NCBI GenBank assembly: GCA_951406725.2
Contig: OX597821.1
Span: forward strand, 63,736,001-63,800,000
Reading direction: 5' to 3'
DNA length: 64,000 nt
Source of the DNA: Octopus vulgaris
Taxonomy: Eukaryota
Position numbers and translations under genes: made by a program. Below the pieces are notes generated by a model that was not told the DNA's origin, ran no database searches, and saw only the letters and a list, made by a program, of their open reading frames with translations. Below are positions 28,346 to 42,420 of the stretch, piece by piece (the first letter of the stretch is position 1; each line of letters opens with the position of its first letter).

Positions 28346-28735
28346 TAACAATAATTAAGGGTTTAGGAACAAGTTACTTCATCACATACCGAAAATTTAG
28401 AAATAGCAGCCAAACGACCGCTATTTATTTTCCTACAAAATATGTCTCCACAGATAAGAATATTTGTAACTCACATAGGTAAAAAGAAGAAAAATAATGA
28501 AATCAAACAGTCTTCAATTAATTATGGACACGTTTCTGGATTAGAATTATAAAAATTAATTTCCTTTGTCAACATAATAGTTCGAGAATAATATATTTGA
28601 AAAAATATTGTTATCTGTGGAGACATATTTTGTAGGAAAAAGAAATAGTGGTCGTTTGGCTACTATTTCTAAATTTTCGGTATGTGGTAAGCAACTTGTT
28701 GCTAAACTCTTAATTATTGTTATAATTTATATATA
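28340..28735. mobile_element. (TA)n-embedded fold-back element inside a split family B SINE
   Basis: ~125-bp inverted arms (28340-28465 and 28605-28732). SINE B pieces at 28215-28265 and 28975-29060. Confidence 0.7.
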
Positions 28736-28851
28736 AAAAAAAAACTTTTTGTATAAGTTTTTACCGAATATGGTTCTTTTCCATACCGAGACTACTTGGT
28801 AAAATTTATTAATGTATTATATTAATAATTCTTTACCCTATATCTGTAATG

Positions 28852-28957
<106 letters not shown>

Positions 28958-29756
28958 TGTGAGTGTGTGTGTGATGTGACCATCATTTGGTGTGCTTACG
29001 TCCCCGTAACTTGGCGGTTCATTAAAAGACACCGTTAGAATAAATACCAGGCTTACAAAGATACATGCCAGGCATCACAAATAATTCTGCTGTTAAGCGG
29101 CTAAGACTCAGAGAACATAAAGTAAGAAAACTAAAACACACGATGTTACAAAACATGTGTATAAAGAAAATATACACAGAAATCAAACAGTAACAGAAAA
29201 GGAAGAAGGTCCTGCTGCATGAACTAAAAAAACATCACTACACTTCACTAAAGAGACAGATTCATGACAAATATTCAACAAGAATACCGCCGAGTTAACC
29301 ATGCATGTAACAAACACTTCAACAATAAATTCAAGTGGATGAAACAGCAACAACAATGATTTCGGCATGGTAAGAATCAATAGAAATACCCAAACAATAT
29401 CGACGGAATTGTCATGTCGGAATGTAAACTACCAGAACACCGAAAAACAATACCTCCATCGCCAAAAACAACAATTACACTTCTGGAATATACGGTGCAG
29501 TACAGCTGGATACAGATGAAATGCATGCTTTAGAACATTCACTACATTTCGGAAGGTCAGAAATATTGATTGTCTATCTGAGATGGAGATTGAAAGAAAT
29601 GTTCTTAAAATTAAGATGGAGGTTAAGACAATACAACACAAACATAAGAAACCAAAACAACAGCAATAACAATAGCGATGTTGATGACAATAACAATACC
29701 AACAATGATAATCACAATATTCCCCACTCAAACAACTATAACAACAACAGCATGGG

Positions 29757-29950
29757 TGGAGGCGCAATGGCCCAGTGGTTAGGGCAGCGGTCTCGTGATC
29801 GTAAGAACGCGGTTTCGATTCCCAAACCGGGCATTGTTAGTGTTTATTGAGCAAAAGCACCTAAGCTCTACGAGGCTCCGGCGGGGGTGGTGAACCCCGC
29901 TGTACTCTTTCACCACAACTTTCTCTCACTGTTTCTTCCTACTTCTGCCA
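29757..29950 (+). mobile_element. SINE family C nested in the PLE
   Basis: GGAGGCGCAATGGCCCAGTGGTTAGGGCAGCGGTCTCGTGATCG. Confidence 0.85.
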
Positions 29951-31895
29951 CAAAGCAGACGAACCATGGTGAAACCCACTATGGTGTGGTAAACTTTTAG
30001 ACCCTAGTCTAGATTGTGAATACTCTGTACCCCAGGACGGTTCAGCTCTCCGCCCTTTAAAAGACACCATTTACAGAATAATGATAACAACGTAGCTTTC
30101 GCGCCCATGCAATCACCGGTCTATCGCGTGTGGTGGGTGGATCTTCAAGTTGCCACACGCATTCTTTGTGGCTTAGAGTAGGCTCGAATTAGAGATTATT
30201 CTTTGTGGCTAATGGCGTGAGTCCTTCGAAGAAGAAGAAGAAGAAGAAGAAGAAGAAGAAGAAGAAGAAGAAGAAGAAGAAGAAGAAGAAGAAGAAGAAG
30301 AAGAAGAAGAAGAAGAAGACAACAGCACAAGACTACGAAACCGAAACAATTATTATAATAACAACAATAATAATGGTAATAGCAACATAAACAATGACAA
30401 CAACATCCCCCACACAGACAACAATACCAACCACATCCTTCATATCACTACCGACAACACTACCAACATCAGCACCAACACCAACATTTCCTACAACAGT
30501 AACAACAACAATGGCACAAGACAAGCTCTACCACTAGCAACAGCAATGCAAGCAACTATAACAACCACAACGATAATAACACCCTACACTCTCTTCTATG
30601 ACACTATCAACAAATCTTATGACATGACGAGGATCTACTCCACAGACTTACCCTTCACCAAAATTTATGTATCCCACCCGCAAATTGACAGTGAAACAGT
30701 AGTAAAGATCTCTTTAGCTAGAAATAGACTCCGACACATCTTAGACCGGTACAACGAAATCACTAAAAAGCATAATGAGTGTGGTACCCACCAACTCAGT
30801 TCATCTGTTGCCAAAGGCCCATAAAATCTGAAACAGCGAATTAGGAACAAGGAATTAGTGTTCCTCCCTACGGACAAATCTGGCAGACTGTCATTAGACA
30901 ACCCACGGAAATATGTCCAGACCATGTAACAACATATCAATAGTATGAGGGAAGTTGCACCACAGGAACATGAAAGACTAGAAAAAAACCCTCAAGGCAC
31001 ACACGGGAATGTGGTGAAACATACACCAACCAAAGAAACGGACTGCACACAATTTCCAAGCATTCAACAATGATGTTCCTACACTATAAGGGTTACGTAA
31101 AGACCAAAAGCCCTACGTAAACCATGTTACGGGGCACCCAACCCGACCAGCTTGCTGAGCGAATATCTCCAGCAATTATTGACTGTCTTGCTTCCTCTCA
31201 CAGGTATTACGATCACTCATTGAAATGTCCACAGATGTCTTTGTGAACACGGAAGATATCCTCAGTAAAATCAGTTCTTGCAACCACTACAACGACCTCA
31301 CAGGTTGTGTAGTGAGTAGTATGGATGTGATTTCACTCTACTTATCTATAGACATGGATTTTGCTGTGGAGAAATGCATTGAGATAATCTGTTAGAGTGA
31401 AGTAGAGATCCGTGAAGTCTACACTAGGGAACTGGACTTCCTCCTTAGACTAAGTTACAACAGTGACTATTTAGACGACCATGACCTCAGTAGATTCTGC
31501 CCCACCAGGTCACAGAGGGGAAGACCCGCACCATCACCTCGGCAGGGAAGAAAAACACCACAGAGCGCTGGATTGGCTGGACCGTACACATCCAAGACCT
31601 TGAGAACAACAATCAGGGGAAAGGAACGATTGCACAAGCAATAGGGGTAGCGTAAGAACCACCTTGAAGAACCACATAGTAAAGTTTAACAAGAAGCTAT
31701 ACATGCAGATTCAAGGTACAGCCGTTGGTGTCTGTATAGCTGGAGTTGTGGCCGGCACCCTCATGATCTTGTAGGACAGAAAACTTAGGCAATACTTAGC
31801 AGAACAGTCCACAACTCTTTAACTTTACAGCAGATATGTAGACGACATTAATATCCTAGTTTAGCGAGCAGCAAGCAAGTCTAAAAAGGCGGTAA

Positions 31896-32442
31896 TGTGA
31901 CGTAATGGTCATGTTGACCGAACAAGTATTATTGTTAAAATAATTGGTTAAAATTACTACCCATATTTGAATTCTAAACTTTCGTCAAAGAGAATTCTTT
32001 CACGAAATCCGGTTCTTAGAATTCAGGTATGAGCAGTTATAAAACCCCTGATTTGGGGGAAATTAATCAGTGATCGTTGGTTGTAAATTGACTCCACGGT
32101 ACTCACCCCTTTGAGGTTTTGGCTATTTTTATGCCATGTCTATTATTTAAATCCAACAAGACTTATTTGAATTGTGTAAACTCTGATAGGTAGTATGAAG
32201 GAATTAGGCAGTAATAAATTTATGTCGTAACTCTCTACGACAAATTGCCTTACTTCCAAATGTACAGTAAATATTAAATGTACACAAATAAACTAATGTA
32301 GTAAATATTTTCTTTTTCTTCACTTCTTTCCGACCTGTTAATGAAATTTACTTCTGCATTTATGAAACAGTTTTTATAGCGGTGAAAAAGAACTCGAACA
32401 TATCTTCAACATACATGCACATTCAACATGACATTAAGTGTC

Positions 32443-32502
<60 letters not shown>

Positions 32503-32732
32503 TAGGGTGTTTATGTAGTTTGAGTTGAGATTTATGTATAGTGATAATATGTATAATTAAGTTATAAGTGACGGGTTTATCATTGTAGCTTTTTATTCAA
32601 GGAATAAAACAGATTTATCTATCCCCGTAGAAGCCATATAAATAAGATAACACGCCACATTATAAAAGTGGTACCCAATCAGCCGTTATAACTATCCCAC
32701 CGTTATACTAGTTATGACCATCTCTAGTAACG
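31896..32732. mobile_element. ~835-bp insertion splitting the PLE RT
   Basis: CGGTAATGT duplicated at 31890-31898 and 32731-32739. Short inverted ATGGTCAT/ATGACCAT near the ends. RT-like sequence resumes after it. Confidence 0.7.
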
Positions 32733-34305
32733 GTAATGTAGAAACTGAGAGGAACATAATGGAGAGCATTCAGCAAGTAGCTAACTCCATCCACCAAAGT
32801 ATCAAAGTAATAATAGATTACCCCACTAGGCACCCCAACAATAGACACCCCATTCTTGATACTGAACTTTGGTTAAAGACTGTGAACAACAAAGTGCAGC
32901 TCCTCCGCTCCTATTACACGAAACTCATAGCTTCCAAATATGTTATTCACAAGAACTCAGCTTTGACACGGAACATAAAATTTTGTTACGATAATGAACA
33001 ACGTGCCCTCACTATGCAAACCCTATGGAACGAAGAAATATGTACAAAAATTCATGCACCGCATGCAATTCTCTGGATATGGTCAGAAAGATAGGGTTCG
33101 ATTATACAGGGTTGCTAGAAAGAAGTTAGATAACATTATATGTAATGAAACCAATGTTACCTGCCCTAGATATAGAAGCAAAGACTGGAATAGAATACAA
33201 AGAGTTTGTTACAATGCTAACAGGGTGAACATGTGGTATAAAACCGACAAATATCAAGGAGTAATGTTAGTAGAGTCCACAGCCCATGGAGAACTAGCCC
33301 GTAGATTTAGGAAAACTCTGAAGGAGACCAAACTCAACATTAAGATTGCTGACGTACACGTTTGAGAATACCATATGCACCAATGATAACTGTATGACCT
33401 GTAGGATTAACCCTGGCATTAACTGTAGAGCTACAATTGTAGTCTGCAGCATAAGACGCATAGAAAGTGTTTGTAAAGACATGAACATGACATACAAGTG
33501 GGGGGGAGACGTCTAGGAGCATTGCGGAAAGATTATAAGAACATTTGAGACAATATGACGACAAAAAAGCAGTCTTCCATACTCTACCAACATGCCAAGG
33601 ACCAACATGGAGGCAACCTGGGTCAACTTCACTTCCACATTTTATCCAAGCACCGAAAAGACCCAACCCTCAGACAAATATAGCAGCACATCATCATAAA
33701 TGAAACATCCCCGATACAAAATATGAAATATGCGTAGTAGGTAATCGTACCCCTATACACACAATTTATATTCATATACAAGTAGAATAGTTAGTGGGCT
33801 GCTATGAAGATGTATGTGTATATGTGTGTGTGTACGCGTATGTTTATGCATATGTATGTAGGCAAATGGATATGAATATAAAAAGATAGACATACAGACG
33901 GATAGGTGAATAGGTAATATGAATACGCAAATGGAGACTGAAACACATGACCACATACACACACACTTTACTTCATACAAGGACACTTATCGAGACACAC
34001 GTCCACACATATGGAGATACGCATCCATACATAGAGATACACTATATTGTCACATAACCCCATACACACACATACACAGACATGCACACACAAGGAGACA
34101 GAGGTACACACACACACACACAAGCAAACACATAAACATGAACACTAACAAAAACAAGCAAATGAATATCCAGAATACATACATACAAACGTACAAGCAT
34201 ACATAAATATATGCATGCGCACACACACACACACATACACACATACATTCATACATGCATACGTGCATACATACATGGATACATATTTACATATATGCAT
34301 ACATA

Positions 34306-34682
34306 CACTTGCGTCAGAAATTAATTAGCACTTCTCAAATTTCTACATTAAATAGGTTAAATCAATTAACCTATGAGCTGTTCAAAACGTCTTACGCGAT
34401 GAGAAAACTTAGTATGGTGTGATTTCGGTCCTTGCGAGGCGCTACCTATATCTATTAAACAAAGGAAGATTTGTCTGCATCCGCACTCCAAGTTGTTGCA
34501 CTGCTATGTCAACATCATAAGGCTGTAGACTCTCAAACTGCTCTGCAAACAAAGTTACGTCATCGTTCTGCGCAACAGTGAACTCGCAACAAAGCAATAG
34601 TTCGAGATATGGCCACTAGGTGACAGCACATACCTTGAGTGAAGAGCAAATCAAGGGTGCTAATTAATTTCTGACGGTAGTG
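34306..34682. mobile_element. Tc1/mariner-type MITE
   Basis: TIRs CACTTGCGTCAGAAATTAATTAGCAC / GTGCTAATTAATTTCTGACGGTAGTG, flanked by TA on both sides. Confidence 0.85.
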
Positions 34683-34902
34683 TACATACATACATGTGTA
34701 TGCGCACACACATTGACCCACACACATGCGCACAAGCGAACAAAATAACGCAGCTTGGATAACGGACAGAGGCAACGACTCTTGAAAAGTTTGCAAGACG
34801 CAACGAAAATTTTATAAATAAGTAAACGAGTGGAAACTTTAACGGTGAGTGTGTTAAATAACAACAGAATGACTGACCCGAAGCACAACAATATACATAT
34901 AT

Positions 34903-34966
<64 letters not shown>

Positions 34967-35189
34967 TGAGTTTCTTTGCCCTAGGAGTCGGGAAGACACT
35001 CGGCAAGAAATGGAAGCAAGTTTGAAAGAAGAAAAAAAAGTAATAATAATAATAATAATAGGGAGTATAAGAACAAGCTTACAGGGAAAATTCAATTTAG
35101 TATTAAATCAAATTTCACAATAAAATATATACAATATATATTAGAGAATTTGAATTTCACAATAGTGGTTGTCTTCACTAATTTATATG

Positions 35190-35259
<70 letters not shown>

Positions 35260-36446
35260 ATATATATATACATACATACATACATACATATAATAAAATA
35301 ATAATAATAATAATAATAATAGTAATAATAAGGATTATTACGATGTAGCATTAGCAATAAATAACTGTCAGCAAACCGCTAAACGTGTGGAGTAATTCTT
35401 CACTAATTACTAATATGTGTGTGTGTGTGTATGTATGTATGTTTCTATATATAAATGTATATATATGTATGTATGTATATATATATGTATGTATGTATAT
35501 ATACATACATACATTCATATATACATGGAGATGGCTATACATATATACGCATATACATAAATACCATGTACATATATTCAGCATCTTTGCATTACGGAAA
35601 TTTGTTACTAAAATTTCAAATATACGGGCATGAATATTCAAAATACGAAATATGTTACAGCCATGTCGCTCATTATACGCGTGATAATGTGTTGCGGATG
35701 AATTTTTATAGAATCAGAAAAAAAGGTGTATGAATAAGCAAAAAAATACTCCCGAGAGCCACTTGGATAGACATGTGCAAGTCATGTTTTCAATGGACCT
35801 GTATCGTTGCTATTTTTGTACTGCCATTGTATAAAGTGCTTCGTTACAACTACACTTGAACTTGCAGTATCAGAAATGGTTAAAGCAACACCTGGCGTAA
35901 GTGTAATTGCTTTTGCCGCAGATCTGTTTTTCTTTATTTTATATTTTGTTTTACTTTGGTACGCTATTGTTGTTATAATTGAAAACCCGTAGAGTTTGCC
36001 TGTTGTGATTGCTGCTGCAACGGTTAACAATGCTATTTATGCATTTTGTTCTATGCAGACATGCACGCCATTCTACTTATCGCAATAGGTGTTGCATTGA
36101 AATCTGCAGGTCATGACATTGTGAACGTTCTAGGGAATATTTTTATCACTTACACACACACTCTCTCTCTCTCTCTTGTTCTAGCTCTGCGTCTTTCTGT
36201 CTGTACCTATATAACGATAGCTTCGTCTACCAGCTTACATACACAAATAATTACAAACAAACACGTATAAACAATAGAGACAACGTAAGACCATGGAAAT
36301 TATTTCACATCCGCTTAACGTCATGAAATTTTATATAAAGCTCCATTTTTAAATTGATATTCGAGACTTCAGTGGGATACATATCATATGATTTTAAACA
36401 ACGACGAACACTGTCATACCATAAGATTAATATATACATGCTAAAT

Positions 36447-36830
36447 AGGCGTAGGAGTGGCTGTGTGGTATGTAGCTTGCTTACAAACTACATTGTTCCG
36501 GGTTGAGTCCCACTACGTGGCACGTTGGGCAAGTGTCTTCTACTATAGACTTGGGCCGACCAAAGCCTTGTGATTAGATTTGGTAGACGGAAACTGAAAG
36601 AAGCCCATCATGTATATGTATATATGTATGCGCGTGTATATGTTTGTGTGTCTGACAACGCTTGACAATCGATGCTGGTGTGTTTACGTCCCCGTAATTT
36701 AGCGGTTCGGCAAAAGGGCACAATAGAATAAGTACTAGGCTTACAAAGAATAAGTCCTGGTGTCGATTTGCTCGACTAAAGGCGGTGCTCCAGCATGGCC
36801 AGTCAAATGACTGAAACAAGTAAAAGAGGT
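36447..36830 (+). mobile_element. SINE family B
   Basis: Full-length family B match. Confidence 0.9.
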
Positions 36831-37115
36831 TTTTTTGCCTCATAAAGTAGTGTATTTTAATAATACTCTCTACTGAATAGAGAAAACTGTGAACGATTGT
36901 GTTTTACGTTTAGACGTAGTACGAGTTGTCATTGTATAATAAGAAATGTCCTTTTGTTTTGTTTTGTTTTACAAGTTTGGAATTGATCTCTATATTTGAT
37001 TCATTAAATCATCAATTACCTGCGATAACCGGTCGTTGTCGTGTGATATCGTTTATTTTGTTGTTGTTAACGATATATTATCAGCAGAATATTTTGTGAA
37101 TTCTAAAAATATTTT

Positions 37116-37801
37116 TGATCTTTACCCTTTGATCTACAGATATAAAAAAAAATATTTTTTGTAACTAAACACTTTCAAACTTCGGACACTAGTAGAATGT
37201 GTCATATAAAACATCTTTTACTATTAGCATTCTTGAGAAAATCTTCTATTTAGGAAGTTATTTCACGTTAAAGATCTCGTGTTTCGGTAATTTCAACCAA
37301 TCAATGACATGTATTCAGCTACATAAAATTACTGCCGTTGTTTGTCAACAAGAACTTCCGGTGGTGTATATTTGGTTTGCCACTGTTATTTATGACAACC
37401 CTAACCCTAAAACCCTAACTCTAAAACCGTAGCCCTAACTCTAAAACCCTAACCCTAAAACCCCAACCCTAAAACCCTAACACTAACCCTAATATATTAA
37501 AACCAGTACAAACGCGCGAACGATGTCATAAATGACAGTGACAAACGAAAATTTCACAGCCGATAGTTGTTGTTGACAAATAACGGCAGTAACTTCATTC
37601 AGTTGAATACACATCATTGATTGGTTGAAATTACCTAAATACGAGAACTTTAGAGTGAAATAACTTCGTAAATATAAGTTTTTCTAAAAAATGCTAAGAG
37701 TAAAACATGTTTTATATGGCACATTCTACCAGTGTCCGAAGTTTGAAAATGTTTAGTTACAAAAATTATTTTTAAATCTGTAGGTCAAAAGGTAAAGATC
37801 C
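37116..37801. mobile_element. Fold-back TIR element (~280-bp arms) with central telomere-type (CCCTAA)n
   Basis: Arms 37116-37397 and 37524-37801 are inverted (GATCTTTACC..GGTAAAGATCC). CCCTAA array at 37398-37492. Confidence 0.85.
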
Positions 37802-37949
37802 ACTACGTTTATTGATATCAAAACGAAAGTACTTTAGTAAAGTGTGCCAGAAGAAATATATTCAATAATGGGTAGAGACAAAATTCATTCCAAGTTAAAA
37901 AGTAATAAACTCATAATGGTCTTCTTTGTTGTTTGTGCCTTCTCGAACC

Positions 37950-38222
37950 ACGCCTGGCTTATACGGCTAGTTTCCCTCTTTCATTGGCATATAGGTTTAC
38001 CACATGAACAGGACGCCGGTCCGTCGCAGGTGAGTTGCTAGGTGCAGGGGGAAAGAGTGGGAGAACGCTGTGGCAAAGAGTCAGCAGAAGTTCGCCATTA
38101 CATTCTGCGGGAGCCGCGTGGAGCTTAGGTGTTTCGCTCATAAACACACATATCGTCCGGTACTGAAATTCGAACCCGAGATCACTCGACCGCTGCGCTA
38201 AACACTAAGTCATGTGCTTCCA
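37950..38222 (-). mobile_element. SINE family C-like
   Basis: RC GGAAGCACATGACTTAGTGTTTAGCGC..GGGTTCGAATTTC..TTTATGAGCGAAACACCTAAGCTCCACG. Confidence 0.75.
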
Positions 38223-38419
38223 CTATAGTCTTCTTTGGTTGTGTATAATTACAAAATTTTCTCTTTCACAAATAATTCTCTGAAATATATTTACATATAT
38301 TTGTCTGGAATGTATTTACATTAATAGAACGGATGTAACGTTGCTTTTGAAATTACTTTACTTAATCTGGAGCTTAACGACATTTTCACCCTCATTTTGA
38401 CTTTAATTATATTTGTATA

Positions 38420-38496
<77 letters not shown>

Positions 38497-38573
38497 CAAA
38501 GTTGAGTTGTGGGGTATCGCACGAGTGGAATTATATAAACATCTTTTAAATAGCATTTTCAAACCTTCTTTCG

Positions 38574-38607
<34 letters not shown>

Positions 38608-39048
38608 CTTATGAGTGTATATGTGTGTATGTGTTCTGCGAAATTCGAAGCCATAAAATACAAGGTTACAGCAAGCTACGTTAAAAAAAGAGCTTTCAAT
38701 ACGGTTGGGCTAATTGATGATACGCCACAAGCCATTGCATGGTTCGATCGTCAGAGGCTGATTTACAGTCTTATGCCCGCTACATTAAAGGAGCATGAGT
38801 ATTCTCTTTCTTTGTCAACAAATCAGCAGGTAACCAAGAAACCGTCTCAGTATGGCTTAATTGCACAAATGATCGAATATATTACGGCTGTCATCGTCAC
38901 AATTTAGATAATTACAGTTTCCTCCTCTGATTCATAATTATAAGGTAAGTGTGTGGGACTTGTGAATACTTGTCGGGGATTGCGTTAATGTGTGTTTAAA
39001 AGTTTGCGTGAATCAGTGTGTATGCTTGTGTTTGTGTTTGTGTATGCA

Positions 39049-39090
<42 letters not shown>

Positions 39091-39130
39091 AACATATACA
39101 TATATATGCATGTATATATATATGTATCTA

Positions 39131-39196
<66 letters not shown>

Positions 39197-39222
39197 TAAA
39201 TATATATATATATACATATATA

Positions 39223-39287
<65 letters not shown>

Positions 39288-39383
39288 ATGCATGTATATA
39301 TATATGTATAAATATATATATACATGAAAGAACCTTCTTTCATATATTATTCCACTCCTGCAGTACCTTACAACTTCACTTTG

Positions 39384-39428
<45 letters not shown>

Positions 39429-39431
39429 TAC

Positions 39432-39474
<43 letters not shown>

Positions 39475-39586
39475 TAGATATATATGTATACATATATAAA
39501 TATATATAGGGGAATATTTATATATATGTGTGTGTGTGTGTGTTTGTGTGTGTGTATGTATGTATGTATCTATATATATGCATATG

Positions 39587-39618
<32 letters not shown>

Positions 39619-39716
39619 CACACATATATATATATGCATGTATATCTATATATTTATAGATAGATAGATGCATATATAAACGTATAGAATATATATATAT
39701 ATAGATATGTATATAC

Positions 39717-39841
<125 letters not shown>

Positions 39842-40607
39842 TACATATATATACATATATATATATATGCATCCATGCACATCTATACAAACAAATGCAT
39901 ACATGAGAGATAGGTGGACACATAGGCCAAAGAAACCTGTGCAGTGACACACAGTATGAGTTCCTGTGCGCGCGCGCGTGTGTGACTCTGATGTTTGTGT
40001 GTGTGTCTCCGCGCACGATTTTATGTATGAGAGCGTGCGTGTATACTTCTGTTTGCATGAATGGTTTATATACGAATTATCATTTACGATAGCGTAAATA
40101 TTTGCGTATACAAAACTTAATTATCACATCTCTCTATACGTTATAGGGATTCGCGTTCAAGCGATATGCACGAAACGGACCAATGCAGAGTAAGTACATA
40201 CAATATAAATGTGTTTCTAAGGCTGCGTTATATGCCTCGATTCACAAAGTGTGTAGAACCCATCAATTATTAAATATAAATTAATTAAGACCGACAGAAA
40301 TAAGGTTCATAATACAGCAATTAACGAGGGCCTAATGAAAGGCATTCAATTACAGAGGAAATTTCCGATACAAGTGTAATGCTTGTGTGTTTACATAGAT
40401 GTGAGCGCCTAGGTATGTATATGATACGCACTTTTGCGTGAATATATTTAAGTATGTTTGCTACCGAATACGTGTTTATATCACACACACAAACACACAC
40501 ACGCATATATATATATGAGTTGTGTGCGCATGTTGTGTGTATATGTGTGTGTACTTATATATATATATAAATATATATATAAATATGTGTATGTAAGTAT
40601 ATATATG

Positions 40608-41025
40608 AGTGGCTCTGTGGTAAGTAACTTGCTTACGAACCACATGGTTCCGGGTTCAGTCCCATTGCGTGGCATCTTGAGCAAGTGTCTTCTACTTTAC
40701 TTCTACTTTAGCATCGGGCCGACCAAATCCTTGTGAGAGGATTTGGTAGACGGAAACTGAAAGAAGCCCGTCGTATATATGCATGCATATATATGTGTGT
40801 GCTTGTGTGTGTGTGCGTATATGTTTGTGCGTCTGTGTTTGTCCCACCAACATTGCTTGACAACGATGCTGATGTGTTTACGTCCCCGTAACTTAGCGGC
40901 AAAAGAGACCGATAGAATAAGTACCAGGCTTACAAAGAATAAGTCCTGGGGTCGATTTGCTCGGCTAAAGGCGGTGCTCCAGCAGGGTCACAGTCAAATG
41001 ACTAAAAACAAGTAAAAAAGAATAA
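40608..41025 (+). mobile_element. SINE family B
   Basis: Family B motifs. Confidence 0.9.
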
Positions 41026-41028
41026 AAA

Positions 41029-41173
<145 letters not shown>

Positions 41174-41214
41174 TAGATAGATAGATAGATATATAGATAT
41201 ATAGACAGACAGAC

Positions 41215-41286
<72 letters not shown>

Positions 41287-41689
41287 TGATAGATAGACAG
41301 ACAGACAGACAGATAGATAGACAGACAGACAGACATATATATATATATAGACATATATGCTGTTTTGTTGTTGAGATATTTAGGTATACACAAATAGGGT
41401 TTGTTATATTTTTGAAAACTATCGCCGGCAGAAGATGTGAGAATATTCTTTATCATAATATTACAAAATATAATGGTAACTAGTTTAACTACAGGAAGTA
41501 ACCCTGGAATTTACTAGTAATGATGATTAAGTATTGCACCTGCCATGTTGGAATCCATTTTGAATTTTAAAAAAAGTAATAAAATGAGACAAATGGTTGT
41601 AGATAGACAATGCAGTGTGGACTTTGGGAAAAGCTGCAGTAAATAGGTAAATGTGAAAGGAGGTTAAACTTTGTTAACCGTTTTATAAA

Positions 41690-41900
41690 ATTTATAGACG
41701 ATCTGGACTTGATAGAGCATCTACCAAAAACCACCAACGAAGAAACACTATTAGTCTCCTTCGATGTTATCAACCTCTACACTCACATTCCACATGGCTA
41801 CGGAATAGAGGCAATAAAATTCTGGTTAGAAACAAAAACCCCCCAAGTTCTCCCGGATTGCCTAAATCAGACCTTTTTCATTGAATCCCTGAAGTTATGG
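41690..41900 (+). mobile_element. Penelope-like RT fragment
   Basis: HLPKTTNEETLLVSFDVINLYTHIPHGYGIEAIKFWL matches the PLE RT motif A region. Confidence 0.75.
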
Positions 41901-41959
41901 ACTCGGTCCATTCTCCAGAGAATACAGTTTTTCTGCAAAATTAACTTCTCAAGGCTTGG

Positions 41960-42420
41960 ACATTGACTGAATGCATGCAGAAAGTTTTCCCCACTCTGCG
42001 CACATTCCTGATAGAAGCTTGTTGATGGCGCTTTTGTACCTAAACAATTGGGCTCTAGTATCAATGCCATACCAAGAATTTCTGGATTATATAAACCCCT
42101 GATTATAACAGATAAGGAAGTTGTTTCTCATGGACACTCAGATATTTTCTTCAAAATGAGAATGACATCACTCCTCATCTGCAAAGCATTATAGAGTGTT
42201 ACTTTTCAAGTTCCACCGAGGACAGTGATGTCTAGTAGAAAGTTAAGAGCATGTGAGAAAATTGTAGATGCTCAGCGCTCAGTGATCACACCTATCTGCA
42301 GGCGTAGGGAATTCTCTAGAAGCCACAATTAGAGTACAAGTCTATGCACCATCAGTCACAGCAAGCGAAACCCTCATTACAGAGCGTATTGGCGGATTGC
42401 TTGGTCAGTGAAACGCAGGG
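41960..42420 (-). mobile_element. Degenerate RTE-like LINE C-terminal remnant
   Basis: Minus frame RAQLFRYKSAINKLL..EWGK resembles the RTE RPxLRYKD..W tail. Confidence 0.35.

Larger units (their letters stand above)
29060..34900 (+). mobile_element. Degenerate near full-length Penelope-like retroelement (RT plus C-terminal GIY-YIG endonuclease) with nested insertions
   Basis: N-terminal YGAVQLDTDE..KLRW (~29490-29620); LVFLPTDKSG (~30860); RT motifs SMDVISLY (~31320), YMQIQGTAVG (~31700), RYVDDINI (~31830); DYPTRHPNNRHPILD (~32820); C-rich knuckle and GETSRSIAERL*EHL (~33505). Many stops and frameshifts. Confidence 0.85.

Noticed and set aside
35782-36130. Overlapping protein-like ORFs on both strands
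   Set aside because: No recognisable motif, interrupted by stops, and consistent with degenerate GTT/GCT-rich sequence.
37398-37492. True telomere or chromosome-fusion scar
   Set aside because: Short, single orientation, and enclosed by transposon-like inverted arms.
38918-38950. 27-nt micro-exon FPPLIHNYK before a GTAAGT donor
   Set aside because: Weak polypyrimidine tract and no supporting neighbouring exons.
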